Assembly (NCBI RefSeq): GCF_004010195.1
Contig: NC_057718.1
Span: 37,685,592 to 37,749,591, forward strand
Direction of reading: 5' to 3'
Source: Chiloscyllium plagiosum
Taxonomy: Eukaryota
DNA length: 64,000 bases
In this document: in pieces, positions 12,205 through 25,656 of the stretch
Position numbering within the stretch: the first letter of the stretch is position 1
Layout: every line of letters starts with the position of its first letter
Translations under genes and position numbers: made by a program
The notes under the pieces: generated by a model
What the model was told of the DNA's origin: nothing
Databases searched by the model: none
Seen by the model: the letters and a program-made list of their open reading frames with translations, nothing else

Positions 12205-12628
12205 TGACTGGAGGATAAATACTTGCCAAGACATCAGGATTACTCCCATTCAAAGTTAAAAATCACACAACACCAGGTTATAGTCCAACAGGTTTATTTG
12301 GAAGCACTAACTTTCCAAAGCTAGCTAGTGCTTCCAAATAAACCCGTTGGGCTATAACTTGGTATTGTGTGATTTTTAACTTTGTCCACCCCAGTCCAAC
12401 ACTGGCGTCTCCAAATCATGACTCCCATTCAAAGTAATGTCATGAAATTTTGACATCACCAAAAGAGTGAGCAAAGTCTCAGCTGAACATCTCATCAAGA
12501 GATACCTCAGCACACAACCAGTGCTGCACTGGAGTGTCAGCCTTGACGATTGTGTTCAATCCTGGGCTGTGAGTAGAACCCAAGGCCTTGTGCTTCAGAG
12601 GTGAAAGTGTTGAGTTGATTCACAGCTT
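12205..12628 (-). mobile_element. Old Deu-domain (SacSINE1/AmnSINE-like) SINE, interrupted by a PLE pLTR
   Basis: Minus strand reads gctgtgaatcaactcaacactttcacctctgaagcacaaggccttgggttctactc...aggctgacactccagtgcagcact. A matching 3' part lies at ~50720-50890 (+). Confidence 0.55.
12257..12420 (+). mobile_element. Family B inverted pLTR mini-element with 15-bp TSD
   Basis: Palindromic arms meet at ~12315. TSD actcccattcaaagt at 12242-12256 and 12421-12435. A 37-nt tail is present only on the right arm. Confidence 0.9.
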
Positions 12629-14111
12629 CTGTCAATGTTTCCAAATCATGAATTGTCTTTAAGACCTGCTGTTTTTATTGTTATCAACCCATTGCTAATT
12701 ATTATTAAAACCCATTTGTTATTACCTTCTTATTGAGGAATCAATAAAATCGCTGGTAAGCAGCAAGTGACATATGCACTCATTTAGTATTCAATACTTA
12801 GTCTAAGGGCTGCTGTGCAATATGGTCAGTGTTTCTATAGTGTACAACTATTTTAAAAGGACGGTAGACATAAAGGAATGAAAGGACTATACTATTGAAT
12901 ATTACAGCTCTATATATTTCTTATTGATTCCAGCTGAATCGTCTGCCTTAATTGTCACTCCATTGGTTAGACATTACAATGGTGATTCATTTTCCTTTCG
13001 CCAATCCTCGGTAAACTCCTAAATGGTAAAGCAGAGCAGATAAAGAAGTTCGCATACTTAAATGTGTGCCAGATGTTTCCAGCATATTCAGTTGAAGCAC
13101 TTTGTCAGAATATTAATAAAATATGCTTCTTAGAGCAACCTACTGCTTGAAAGACTGGATGTGAACACACATCTGGTGCGTCTGGATTTTTGACTCAAAA
13201 TATTTAAACTGAAACTGAGAAGTGTTGAGGTTTAGCGTATCTATCTGGAAGCTGGATGATAGACACTAAGGCTACAGTCAAATAATTCTTTCTCTCATGC
13301 CCTGTTTCTAACTTTGTCACTGTCACTCTCATTCTCACTCTCTCCTCCTGTCTGCTTTCCACTCACACTTGCTTACATTCTCTCTTTGTTTGGAATGGCA
13401 GGGGCCCAAACCAGAGAAAAAGGACAGTGAAATTATTCACTAAATTTACCAGGGTAACTTTCCCAGTCTATCATTCTAAACTCCCTAAGTACTGACAGGG
13501 AAATCTCTAGAGCCTTTCATTTTTTTGATGGACAAGGGCTGGAAAATAGAAGCTCAAGCCAAACTCAATAGTAATACTGCTGTAACAGCATATTTTGTTC
13601 AAATCTATGTAGACAGTTGGGCAGACTAACATGAACTTAATAAACAGGGACATCACGCTGATTTGTGGAATCCTTCAGTTGCCGAGAGTTTAATGAAGCA
13701 TTAAAACTGTTAAGTTCCCTGCACTGCTCCTCAGATCCAACATTTGTGCTCTAAGTTTAAAAGTATAGCAGCTTTATTCAATTTTTAGCAGTATCAGACT
13801 AGTTTCTTGCAACTAAATATTGCTGCTACTGTTGATGTTGAGAATGTGATTTTATTTCTTAGTCTGCCCACCTCAAATCTGCTGGCTGCTGCAAGTTTCA
13901 AACGTTTAGTCTTAAAAAACAAATCTGGTGAGGTTTGCTTTGATTCCTTTCTCCCGATTCTCAAAAAAATTAGAACTTTGTATACCCTTCCATCTTTCTT
14001 TTGTTGTATCATGTGCTTTTAAAACTGAAACTTTCTGTCATATAATCACGAGTGTTTCTTGTCAGTGGGGTAGGTCCATCAATATGCAGAAGAACTTGGA
14101 AGATATTATGA

Positions 14112-14440
14112 GGTGGCACAGTGGTTAGCACTGCTACCTTACAGTACCAGGGACCTGGGTTCAATCCCAGCCTTAGGTGACTGTCTGTGTGGAATTTGCA
14201 CCTTCTCCCCATATCTGTGCAAGTTTTCTCTGAGTGCTCTTGTTTCCTCCCACAGTCCAAAGATGTGCAGATTAGGTGGATTTACCATGCTAAATTGTCC
14301 AGGGATGTATGGATTAGCTATGGGAAATGCAGGGTTATAGGGTAGGGAGGTGGTTCTGGGTGGGATAGATACTCTTTGGAGAGTTGGTATGGACTTGCTG
14401 GGCTGGATGATCTGCTCCCACACTATAGGGAGTCTATGGA
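14112..14440 (+). mobile_element. HE1-like tRNA-derived SINE
   Basis: A box tggcacagtgg, B box ggttcaatccc, body ctgtctgtgtggaatttgcac...ccaaagatgtgcag. Confidence 0.88.
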
Positions 14441-14827
14441 TGTTATGCTGCCCTGCCTGCAATTATAATTGCACATCTGTATGACTTATAATAGTGTGGT
14501 GTCAGGGTAGTGAGATTCTAAGACAGTAAGTTAATATTGTTTCATTTTAACTTTCCCTGTTTGGCCAGGAAATGCAAGCTTCACTTCACTCCCTTCTACC
14601 ACCATAAGCCCCTCCCTAACCCCCTTCATACATTTGGCTGAATTCTGTGCAGATGGCACAAAAAATTGGGTTCAGATAATGGACCAATGAGAATGATGCA
14701 GATGAAATCAACTGCAGTCACTCGGATCATACTATATATCTTTGTCTACTTGTACTTAATGCATTTCGAAGGAATTTTAGTAGTTGGAGATTGCTTGTCT
14801 CTCTTCTTAATATTTCCTGCTGATCTG

Positions 14828-15160
14828 TGAAATAACTCCACAGATGCCCATTTCCTACCACAACATCACCATTTATTTACACATGGAGCATCCTTGATAC
14901 TGATCCAGCTCCCTCAGAGCCAGCCTCAGAGTGACAGGAGTTCTGACACACCTGTTCTTATCTGTCAGCCAGGGCTCCCTGATTGGACCAGATTAACAGC
15001 TGAAAAATGTGTTGCTGGAAAAGTGCAGCAGATCAGGCAGCATCCAAGGAGCAGGAGAATCGACGTTTCAGGCATAAGCTCTTCTTCAGGATTAACAGCC
15101 CCAATCAGGGAAATCCTATTCAATGAGGTCCACCTGGCTGACCTCGTTACAATCACTACA
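14828..15160 (-). mobile_element. Solo LTR (TG...CA) with 5-bp TSD atctg
   Basis: Homologous to 44175-44681. atctg at 14823-14827 and 15161-15165. Minus-strand AATAAA near the 3' end. Confidence 0.7.
15001..15089 (-). mobile_element. Family A pLTR insertion with 10-bp TSD gattaacagc; hammerhead core 15062-15089
   Basis: TSD at 14991-15000 and 15090-15099. The empty site is visible in the paralogous LTR at ~44611 (aattaacagccccaatc). Confidence 0.9.
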
Positions 15161-15524
15161 ATCTGAACCATGTTTTATCAGATATATTCGTTTTAAATTT
15201 TGCTTGGATGGGGTTCAAATTGGCCTGGGCTTAGAATTCAATGGTCTTATCCATAACCAGCAAGCCGAAAACTGATAGCAAGCCCGTTTTAATCATTTTG
15301 GGGAACTTAGTCAGATTCAATGCCTTTCAGACAGGTTAAGCTACCTGTTTGTGATTCCCTTACCTTTAAAGGCAAAGACTCCACCTCCAAGAGCTGTTGG
15401 CCAGTCAGAGAGGCAGCAGTCCTTCAGTCACAGTGGTGCCTCCAGGAGTAGTGGCCATTGCTGTTGCTGCAATAGTCCCCAGAGTAGTAGCAAGTTTGGA
15501 TACCCCAGAAGAGCAAAATCGGGT

Positions 15525-16850
15525 CTCACAAACTTGATTCAGTTTTTTGACCAAAACGTTTGAGGGCAGAGCAGTAGACCTTGTTTACTTGGACTTTAGT
15601 AAAGCCTTTGACAAGGTTCCACATGGTAGACTAATTAGTAAAGCTAGATGGCATGGGATTCAGTTGAACTAGTCAATTGAATACATAAATGGCTTAATGG
15701 CAGGAGACAGAGTGTGGTGGTGGAAGGTTACCTTTTGGACTGAAGACCTGTGACCAGCGGTGTTCCATGTGGATCAGTTCTGGGTCCTCTTTTGTTTGTC
15801 ATTTATATAAATGATTTGAATGAGAATAGAGAAGGCATGGTTAGTAAGTTTGCGAACAACACCAATATTGGTGGCATAGTGATAGTGAAGAGGGTTTTCT
15901 AAGATTACAAATAGATCTTGATGAAATGAGTGAATGGGCTGAAAAATGACAGATGGAATTCAGTCTGGACAAACGTGAGGTATTGCATTTTGGTACAACA
16001 AACAAGGGTAGGGCTTATACAATTAATGATAGGACCTTGGGTGGTGCCGTAGAATAGAGCGACCTAGGGATTCAGGTACCTAATTCGTTGAAGTTTGTGT
16101 CACATGTAGACAGGATTGGCACGCTTGCCTTCATTTCTCAGTCCTTTGGGTATAGCAGTTGGGAAGTCATATTGAGGCTGCAGAGAGTATTGGTGAGGTT
16201 TCCTCTGAAATACTGGATACAGTTCTGGTTGCCCAGTTATAAGAAGGATATTATTAAGCTGGAGAGGGATCATAAGAGATTTACCAGGATATTGCCAGGT
16301 ATGGAAGGTTGAGTTATAAAGCTATAAAGATAGGCTGGAACCTTTTTCACTGGAACACGGGGGATTGAGAGGCGACCTTATAGGAGTTTATAAGATAATG
16401 AGAGGTATAGATAGGGTTGATGGTAGTTGCCTTTTCCCTGGGAATGGAGGATTTCTAAACCATGTTTAACTTTAAAGGAGAGAGATTTAAAACAAAAAGA
16501 GAGGCAAATTTTTTACAGAGAGGGTGTTTCCTGTGTGGAATGAATTTCCAGAAGAAGTGATGGATGCATACATGAATAAGAATGGTCTGTTTCCATGGCA
16601 ACCTAAGGGGCAACTTTTTCTGCAGAGGGTGTTACGTGTATGGAATGAGCTGCCAGAGGAAGTGGTGGAGGCTAGTACAATTGCAACATTTAAAAGGCAT
16701 CTGGATGGGTTTATGAATAGGAAGGGTTTGGAGAGATAGGGGTCAGATTCTAGCAGGTGGGACGAGATTGGGTTGGGATATCTGGTCGGCATGAACGGGT
16801 TGGACCGAAGGGTCTGTTTCTGTGCTGTACATCTCTATGACTATGACTCT
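15525..16850 (+). mobile_element. CR1 LINE RT/3' region, decayed; two 3' ends in tandem (junction ~16590-16605)
   Basis: VYLDFSKAFDKVPHGRL at ~15583, YINDL, LKYWIQFWLPSYKKDIIKLER, VWNELPEEVVEA; tail ctctatgactatgactct. Confidence 0.9.
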
Positions 16851-17254
16851 TTAAAAGAGATGAGTGGGGCAGGCTCATGGGGTCCAGTCAGGCAGGCCAC
16901 AGGGGATCATTGTAATGGAGAGTACCGGGGACCCCTCAATGCAGAGCAGGTTATCCAATCAGAAAAGGGACCCCACAGAGCCACAGGAAGCTGTGTAAGA
17001 AAAGTACCCCTTTCTCCTTCCCCCACCACCCCGTCACTGTTAATCCCTATCCCAGCACACCCTTGTGGGTGCAAGGCTGGGCTAGTGTTTGTTAAATTCT
17101 ACTCAATAAGTGCATTTAAGTCTGATTTCTCCTGCCCAAATTTGGTGTAAAGATGTCTTCTCTGCTCTTCCTATTTGTGTTCCAGTCATTTCCATGCCCA
17201 TCAAAGGAAGTTTGAGGGAGGAGCCTCATGGCAGATAGAAAAGAATCTGGAGAT

Positions 17255-18840
17255 GGAGGGCTAGCAAGTCTCCAGGTCCAGATGGATTTTATCCTAGGCC
17301 TGTAAAGAGGTTGCTAATGCATTAGAACACGCAATGGTATTAATTGTCCGAAATCTTCTAGTTTCAGGAAAAGTAGCTTACATATCCACTCTGTTTGAGA
17401 AAGATAGAAAACAGTTAACTGAACACTGCAGGCCAGTTGGCTTGAAGTCTTTTTTGGTAACATCTTAGAATCGATCATCAAAGAGATTATAGCTGCAATT
17501 TTTGAAAAACTCAAGGTTACCCAGAAAAGCCAGCATGATTTTATGAAAGGAAAATCATCTTTAACCAATGTATTAGACTTCTTTTCACAAATAACATGAT
17601 ACAGGAAAGCTTCACAACGTACTGTACTTGTGATTTCCAGAAGGCATTTGATATAGTGGACAACAAAGGTTAATGGAATAGCGATACACATACTGGAATG
17701 AATAGAAGATTGGCTGGGCTTTTAGAAAACAGAGTATGAATAAGTGGAACTTCATTCGATTGGCTGGATGTGATGAGTAAAGTCCCTCAGGGATCTCTGT
17801 TGAGGCCTCAACATTTTAGTATGTACATCAATGCCTTGGATGAGAGGAACAAAAACATAATATTTAAACATCAGATGACACAAAGATAATTAGGGAAGTA
17901 TGTTGTGAGGAAGGCAAAAGGAGTTTGCAGTTGGATATAGATATAGAGTGAGTGGAAAAAAAGCTGGCAGATGGATTATAATGTGGAAAAATGTGAAGTT
18001 GTCCATTTTGGTAGGAAGAATGAAAAATAATTATTTATTATTATTTGTAAATGTACTATTTAAATAGGGAAAGCAGCAAAATCCTGAGGTGCAGAGGGAT
18101 TCAACAGTTCTAGCATGAGTCACAAAAGTGAGCATGCAGGTAAAGTCTATCAAGATCGCCAATAGGATACTATCCTTTATCACAAAATGAATTGAAAAGA
18201 GGGGAAAATTTTTACAGAGAGGGTGGTTCGTGTGTTGAAACTGAAAGAAGAATATTATGCTTCAGTTATACATGATGCTGGTGTGACCACAGCTTGAACG
18301 TTGTATGCAGTGTTTTTATTTAAGGAAGGATTGTAAATATGTTAGAAGCAGTACAGAGACGGTTTATGAGATTAACCCCCGGAATGTATGTGTAGTTTAT
18401 TAGGATAGGTTGGAAAGGCTGACCTTCTTTCCACTGGAGTTTAGAAATGAGTAATGATTGAAGTGTATAAAATCCTGAAGGGTCAAGACAAAGTGGACTT
18501 GAAAAGGATGTTTCCTCTATTAGATCAGTCCAAAACAAGAGGGCACTTTACAAAATTGGTAGTTGTCCATTTAGAACAGAGATGAGGAGAAGTTTTTATT
18601 TCTCTCCATGGGCTTGTGTGACTTTGGAAGTCTCTGCCTCAGGATGTAGCAAAAATTGAGTCATGAAGTTATTTGAAGGTGGAAATAGAGAGATTCTTGT
18701 TAGGTCAGGGAATGAAAGTATTTGAAGATCGATGGGTCAATGGAATTCAAAACATAAACAGAGCAGCCATAATCACATTGAATGGCAGAGCAGGTGTGAT
18801 GGGCCGAATGGTTTACTTCCGCTTCTATGTTTCATGTTTG
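17255..18840 (+). mobile_element. Older CR1 LINE RT/3' region
   Basis: Degenerate KSPGPDG, QHDFMKGKSSLTN, DFQKAFD, VPQGSLL motifs; 3' UTR gaatggcagagcagg...gggccgaatgg. Confidence 0.8.
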
Positions 18841-20419
18841 CATGTGGACAGCGGAAAAGACTCCAGTTGCAAATTGTGAGTGTGCCTTTAAATATTTGAC
18901 ACCTTCAAATCATACAGAACCAATCAGTTTCTGTGCAAGCAGTAGTCAGCAGTAAAAGCTGCAGGAACCCTGGCAGGTCGAAACATGCCTGCAAAAGTTC
19001 AGATCAGCTAGAATCAATTTTAAAATATTGGAAAAGGTTTGTGACAATCAAGCAGAGTCTCAGTGAAGTTGCAAAGGGAAATATCTAAAGAGTATTCCTA
19101 GGATTCAGCAATCCATATCAGGCATCCAATTCAAGGAAGGTTGAAAATGTTGCAATTAAAGGAAAGTTCTAGGCTGAAGAAACATCTTAGATCACTACAT
19201 AACACAAGTTCGCATAATGTTAATGATCTAAATATCCAGAAAAATTAAGAGAAAAATCTTGGAGGAAAGGACTCTCATTAAGGCATTTGGAAAATAATAG
19301 CAATATAAATTGACTAATGGGCATGAAAAAAATAAAGCAGAAGAGTTACTGAAAGCAACGTTTTAGGGAATTTGTATTGTTCGACTGAAAATATTGCTTT
19401 AAGTCACATAATCAGGATCTTAAATGTAAATGGTGGAGTAAAGTTCAGAGAGGAAGTAGCAAGGGCACAAATATTCCAGAGTCCTTAAAGGAACGTAAAA
19501 ATCAAGGAGAGGAAATAGAATACAGTACAAAAGAGTTTCCTCCATTTTCTACATAATGTTATATGGCACATTTTCTCCAATTCAAAGCATTTCAATTATA
19601 TTTAAACCTCTCTCTGCTTTCTCAGGTTGCAAATGCAGATTCAGTTACTGTAGGATTTCCTCATGACTCAGAATTAGGGTTCAGAGTTTTCATAAAGCAA
19701 TTTGCAACAAATATAAAAAGCCATAAAGTTCTAAATCATGAATGTATCTTTGTAAGTTTTGTGCTTCTCTGCTAATGAGTGTTGATGAATTATTTAATTC
19801 TAAATGTCTGAGTTTATTAGTGAAAATTTTCCTTTAAACTTTGTCCTAACTTTGTCTCAATTATTTCTTTCTGTAATTTCTGTAATTAAGATGGCGCCGG
19901 ATTGTGGTGACTTATGTGCATCTCACTGTATTTTCATAAATACAAATGACAATAAATTGCTATTCTAAATGTATTGACTATTGGAGAGAACATTATGATA
20001 TACAGCATATGAATGGAATATAAATTCAACTGAATAGTGTTCAGGTAACACATTCCCTTTTTTAGACCCTTTAATGATCGTTCTTGATCCTGTATTTTCT
20101 CTCGAGTGCAGGAAAGTTAGCCTGAGCTGAGAGGATTTGCAGTCACATTCCAGGATCACTTGTGAATGACATAAAGTAAAGAGTTATGCAGTCAAGGTAT
20201 AAGTGGAATGCTTTGAATATTGTTGTGGAAACAACGGGGTGATTGTAACATGAATACAAAGATAGCTACTAACTGAAATGAAATAACAAATGTTTCCATT
20301 TTAACTATGAGAGTAGATCTTCTCCCCAAAGATTGACAATTATTAGTGATTTTTGAGAAGATTTGTCTCAGATTGATGTTAAGTATGTAAGTTAGTTCGT
20401 TGAGCTGGAAGATTTGTTT

Positions 20420-20459
20420 TCAGACGTTTCATCACCACACCAGGTAACATCATCAGTGA
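20420..20459 (-). ncRNA. Minimal type-I hammerhead ribozyme motif (Poseidon-type PLE)
   Basis: tca-CTGATGA-T-GTTACC-tggtgt-GGTGAT-GAAA-C-GTC-tga: intact core, 6-bp stem II with G:U pairs, ACGU palindromic stem III, 3-bp helix I. Confidence 0.7.
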
Positions 20460-20589
20460 GAGTTTCTGGTAGTATGTCCCGCCTCTCTATTTATAGGTCT
20501 TAATTTCTTAAGGTGGGTGATGTCATTTCTGGTTCTTTTTTTTTAAAGGGAAGGTAGGTAGGATCTAAATCGATGTGTTTATTGATGGA

Positions 20590-20814
20590 CATAATTTGGA
20601 GGTGCCAGTGTTGGACTGCAGTGTACAAAGTTAAAAATCACATAACACCAGGTTATAGTCCAACAGGTTTACTTGGAAGCACTAGCTTTCGGAGCACTGC
20701 TCCTTCATCAGCTGGTTGTGGAGTTATACTGATGAAAGAACACCGCTCCGAAAGCTAGTCTTCTAAATAAACCTGTTGGACTATAACCTGGGTGTGTTGT
20801 GTGGCTTTTAAATC
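20590..20814 (-). mobile_element. Family B inverted pLTR mini-element nested in the Poseidon-type PLE; 10-bp TSD
   Basis: TSD tattgatgga at 20580-20589 and 20815-20824. Hammerhead cores at 20683-20711 (-, CTGATGAAGGAGCAGTGCTCCGAAAGCTA) and 20729-20757 (+, degenerate stem II). Confidence 0.88.
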
Positions 20815-21344
20815 TATTGATGGAGCTCTGGTAAGATTGCCATGCCTCTAAGAATTCTAATGCATGTCTTTGTTTTGCCTGTCTTAGGATGTGTGTGTTG
20901 TCTCAGTCAAGGTGGTGTCCTACTTTGTCTATATGTATGGACACTAGTGATAGTGGGTCTCGTATTTTGGTGGCTAGTTGATGTTGTATCCTGATGGCCA
21001 GTTTCCTGCTTGTTTGTCCAATGTTGTGTTTTTTACATTTCTTGTATGGTATCTTGTAAATGACGTTAGATTTGCTGGTGGTATCTAATGGATCCATTAG
21101 TTTCATTAGTTGCTGTTTGAGTATGTTGGTAGGTTTGTGAGCTACCATGATGCCAAGAGGTCTGAGTAGTCTAGAAATCATTTCTGATATGTCTTTGGTG
21201 AAAAGTAATGTGACTATTGTTTTTGGTTGCGTTGTGTCTGCCTGTTTGGGTTTGTTTCTGAGGAATCGGTGGATTGTGTTTATTGGTTACTTGTTTTCAT
21301 GAAAACATCGGAAAGACTTTTCTTCTATGCTTATTATCAAAACA

Positions 21345-21462
21345 GGGCTTATACCCGAAACGTCGATTCTCCTGCTCCTCGGATGCTGCCTGGCCTGCTG
21401 TGTTTTTCCAGCACCACATTTTTCAACTCTGGTACTCCAGCGTCTGCAAACTTCACTTTCTC
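21345..21462 (+). mobile_element. Family A-variant pLTR, 5'-truncated within the hammerhead; 15-bp TSD
   Basis: cttattat[c/t]aaaaca at 21330-21344 and 21463-21477. Confidence 0.85.
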
Positions 21463-24400
21463 CTTATTATTAAAACATACAGAAGAGAGCAGCAGCATCA
21501 TCCAAGGCATTTTAAAGGTTCTGATTATAATGAGCATATCTCCTTTTGGAAAACAACAACTGGAAATTCCAGCGTTTTTTGATTATAAGCATTATTACAT
21601 GACAGGTTGGATGATTTGAGAAATTAGGCCAGAAGTCTGAACCAAGTGGTGGCTTTGAGATTTCTCATGTAACTCCTTGAGACATATTGAATCTGGAGAA
21701 GAAATGGGTATGTCACCAAATAAAAGTGAATGCTTGAATGGAAAAAGAATAAAACATACATGAGAGACATTGGAAAATGGAGGTTAGGAAGAGGGAGGAT
21801 AGTGATTTTAAAGATGCGTCCACAATGTGTGTGAAGTCAGCAGAGTGATCAGAGTCAGTGTTGAGACTTGCAGGTCACGTTCAGGTTTTGGGCTAATTTA
21901 AATACAGCAAGTCAGCTGCAGGCATCAAACAGCTTGCTTCGTCGTCAGGTGTGGATGCTGTGGGAACCTAAGCTGACTGAGCAAGGCCTAGGTGGCCAGG
22001 GAATGGACAGGTTTGTCCATTTAAGAACATGCTCTGGAAGTGGGCATTTTAGGAGCCAGTGAAGACATACCTGTTAGTCGAGTCACTACAGAATTAAAGA
22101 AGGAAAAGAATAAGATTTGAAGCCTATTAATGGCGTTATCATCAATGTTTCGTTTAAGGAAAACTGATTAGCCATTCATGATCTGGCACAAGTGGGTGAA
22201 GCATGATTGACAAGTGCTTAAAGTATTGACAGTGTCCTCTGGTAAGGTATTGATTGATGTAGAAATGAAACCTACAGTATTCTGTTTCATAATTTCGGTC
22301 TCTGCCCCTTCAAACCTGGTTTTCATTTACAAACAATCTCCAGCCTGAAACAGGCAGTAGCTTTATTCTTCCAATGTTAACCAGACCTGTCCCACTCCCA
22401 CCACAAGACATTCTGCTCTGATCACCCTTAGCCACTTTTCAGATAAGAAGCAAATGGATAAGAGTTTATTGCATGGTGAAAGCAAGAACCTGAAAATTAT
22501 TATGGTTCAGTGAATGCATAAACATTTGACATATTCATAATATACTCCTTTGTCCTAATCCTTTTTAGCAAGACATTATCCAGTTTATGTTTAAATGGAT
22601 AAAGCTAAGGACAAAATGATAAGCTCTGCAGGCATTGGCTCACTGAGCCTTTATCCGCTTTTATAAACAATGGGATTTCCTAAATTCAGATTGGGATAAA
22701 TAAAGGGAAAGTGAAAGAAAAGGCAAATTATTGTTTACACGGATACATGGAAATGCAAACATAAGGAAAGAAGGGTGAATGAATCAGTAAAATAGCTTAT
22801 AAAATGTTTTTATTACCTTACCCAGACCAGAGATAGAAATACACCACAGGTCCTCATAAAGCTGCAGATTGGCCATAAACTAGTTTCAGGCACTAATTAC
22901 ATATCAGTTGCGGGCAGTAGCTAATACGGTAGCTGCTTGTAAAACTGTCCTACCAACTTCCTTTTGGCTATAAATAAACTGACGTGTCATGATTGATGTA
23001 TAAAAAATGCCAGTGTAATCGTGTTGAAAAAGTTTTGCCCCAGTTTCATTAACTAGGTTTCTGTGGTATTCAATTTTACAAACTAGTCGTATAATAGAAT
23101 GGAGCAAATGCGGGCAGTAAACAGATTATAAATGTGGACAAATTAAGTACAAGGGATCATTGATTGCTGGTTGAGGGCTAAATTAGAAAAAAAAGCTATC
23201 ATTTGCTTTTCATCAATTCCAGACAGCATTAGTCTTTTTATTGGCAGCATTTCCTGATCCCACCTTCTTTTACTGTGGTGTTAGACCCATTTTTAATGAT
23301 AACTCATCTCTGTTCACAGAGTGGCGTTCCTTCCAATGCTATAAATGATGTGTTTTTAGCTGAGGCATCACAAAAGATTGAAGAGAATTTGCTGACATGC
23401 TAAATGACTCAGTCAGTTTGAAAGAAAAGGTAGGAAAAGTTGGCAAAGAAAGTGTAATTTTTAGGATTAAAGTATTTGCTTTTGAGATATACTACTCAAG
23501 TAGTCTGTAAGTTCCATGGTGATCTTAAAGGGACTCCATTAGAAACTGGACAGTGAAATTCACACCACAACCACAGTCCCTTTCATGTGTCGATTTGCTG
23601 CTTTATATGCATCTCGGTCTACTTGGCTAAAGAATCTTGCTGTGAAGGAAAGAGGGCTCATTACTGCTCACTTACTCATGTAAATAGAGTGAACCAAGAC
23701 AGCTATTCCACACTTACAGCTGGTCCCCTTATTTCAATTTTCAATCCGACCTCGAATTAGCATTCAGAACTGTTACAGAAACTTCAATCAGAGCTTCAAT
23801 AAGTTATATGCAAATAGGGTGTCAGTGGGCATTGTCTGGATGCGCAACTCTATTTCAACTAACACTGTCACCACTATTCCTTGAACTCACCTCCAGATCT
23901 TCAGCAGTGCAGGTTATGAAGTACCCATTTGCATTGCCATGTAAATGGATCCTCAACACCAGTCAGAGAAGGTTGCAAGTTAGTTTGGCACTCATCTTCT
24001 TTCTCCAATCTTTTTGATTGCTTTCATCTCCTTGCAGAACGGGTGCTGCTAAAGCTTCCCTACTGCTGGAATGCAGAGCTCTCTCCGCTCGCGAGGTTTC
24101 CACCCCTTCCCTTTTAAGGTGATGTCAGAAAAATCAGCCCTGTCACCACCTCAGCTGTCCCAAAGGGTGAGCTGCCTCTAGGCAACACAATTAGTGCTCT
24201 CAGTTCTCTCCTGACACATAAGGGGGTCTGATCACCAAAAAACAATCAGGCCTTGCATTGGCATCATCTGAAAGGTCCTCTTCCTGCTCAATACGTGCCA
24301 AAGATAAAAATCAGTCCAAATATATTTCACAGGCAGTTTTCAAACTACACTTGATTACATTGAAATACTGAGGAAGTGCAGCTTTAACAATATTAAGTAT

Positions 24401-25559
24401 AATTCCCATTTGATTGCTCCATGTTCATCAAAGTCTAGAATTGTAAATTTAAGTAACTATTCACTTTACATAGTGGCATCCCATTTGTGGAAGTAATGCA
24501 TATATTTTGACAACTGACTGTGTTGAAATCATTTTTATTGCTGATATTTTACAATTAAATTTTGATAAAGAGAATACCTAGGCACAGTTGGTACAAGGGT
24601 TATTTAGGCTTTACAGTGCAGGCTACTTAATGAATTAAACCTGTCCTGAAAAGTCACCAAAGTAAAGCACAACCTTTTTAAACTAACAGACTTACTCTTA
24701 CTATTTTTTGTGTCTGACTGATTTCCTGAATTTGTGACCTTTAGCCTTCTACCATGGGACAGAAACTTGATCAGTTCTGCTTTGCTAATGTCCCTCTGCC
24801 CCAAGTTCTATTTACCAAGAGCTTTAATGTGAGAACAAGCTGCGCTACTTAGCCCTACCAGTCCCCTGAGAGTAACTGAGAGTCAGGGCAGACAGTGTGT
24901 GGCTAAGGTTTATCCAAACACCATCTCAATGGAGACTCATTCCACTACAGTTGATGGATAAGGTCAGCAGGGGTCATATTGAGCAGGTTTATTCAGTTAG
25001 CTCAGTGATGCTTTGTTGGACAATTTTGTCTTTTTATCATTTGTGGCTTCAAAAGGTCCAAATTTCAGCACCATAAAACTACTAATTTTAGTTTAAAGAG
25101 GCATTTATTTCTCAAATTCCATTTTAGAAGCACGTCTTTTGAAAAACAATTCAGGAATATTTTAGTTTCAAAATCAAGTTTTCAAGGTTTATACAATTTG
25201 ACGCAGATCAGTCATCCCTCCCAACAATTTTCCTTTCTCTCTTGTCATTCTTGTTACAGAACAATAATTCGGATGCTGGGCATTTTCCAGAACATCAGGC
25301 TTTATGTGACCATTATTCATAGCTAATCATTTTATTGACCCAGTATCTATTATCATCAAACAGAACTGATTGGTAATAAAACATGGAAGTCCTAACTGAC
25401 TTTCTACTTTTAACTGACTAGGGACACTAAGGACACTGTGGCAATTCAGCAAAGATTAGCTAAATCACCACATCCTGTATAATTTCTGTCTTTATGCATA
25501 TGGTGAACAATAATATCCATTCTTTCATTGTTTGAGTGTTGACATAGAAGATTTCTGAT

Positions 25560-25656
25560 TGAGGATGATCAGCCATGATCATAATGAATGGTGGTGCTGG
25601 CTCGAAGGGCAGAATGGCCTACTCCTGCACCTATTGTCTATTGTCTATTGTCTATC
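25560..25656 (+). mobile_element. CR1 extreme 3' tail with (ctattgt)n microsatellite
   Basis: gatcagccatgatcataatgaatggtggtgctggctcgaagggcagaatggcctactcctgcacctattgtctattgtctattgtc. Confidence 0.8.

Larger units (their letters stand above)
20383..21300 (-). mobile_element. Penelope-like element (Poseidon-type) GIY-YIG region and 3' pLTR
   Basis: ORF 20903..21181 reads RLLRPLGIMVAHKPTN...KSNVIYKIPYKKCKKHNIGQTSRKLAIRIQHQ. Hammerhead near the 3' end. Confidence 0.85.
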
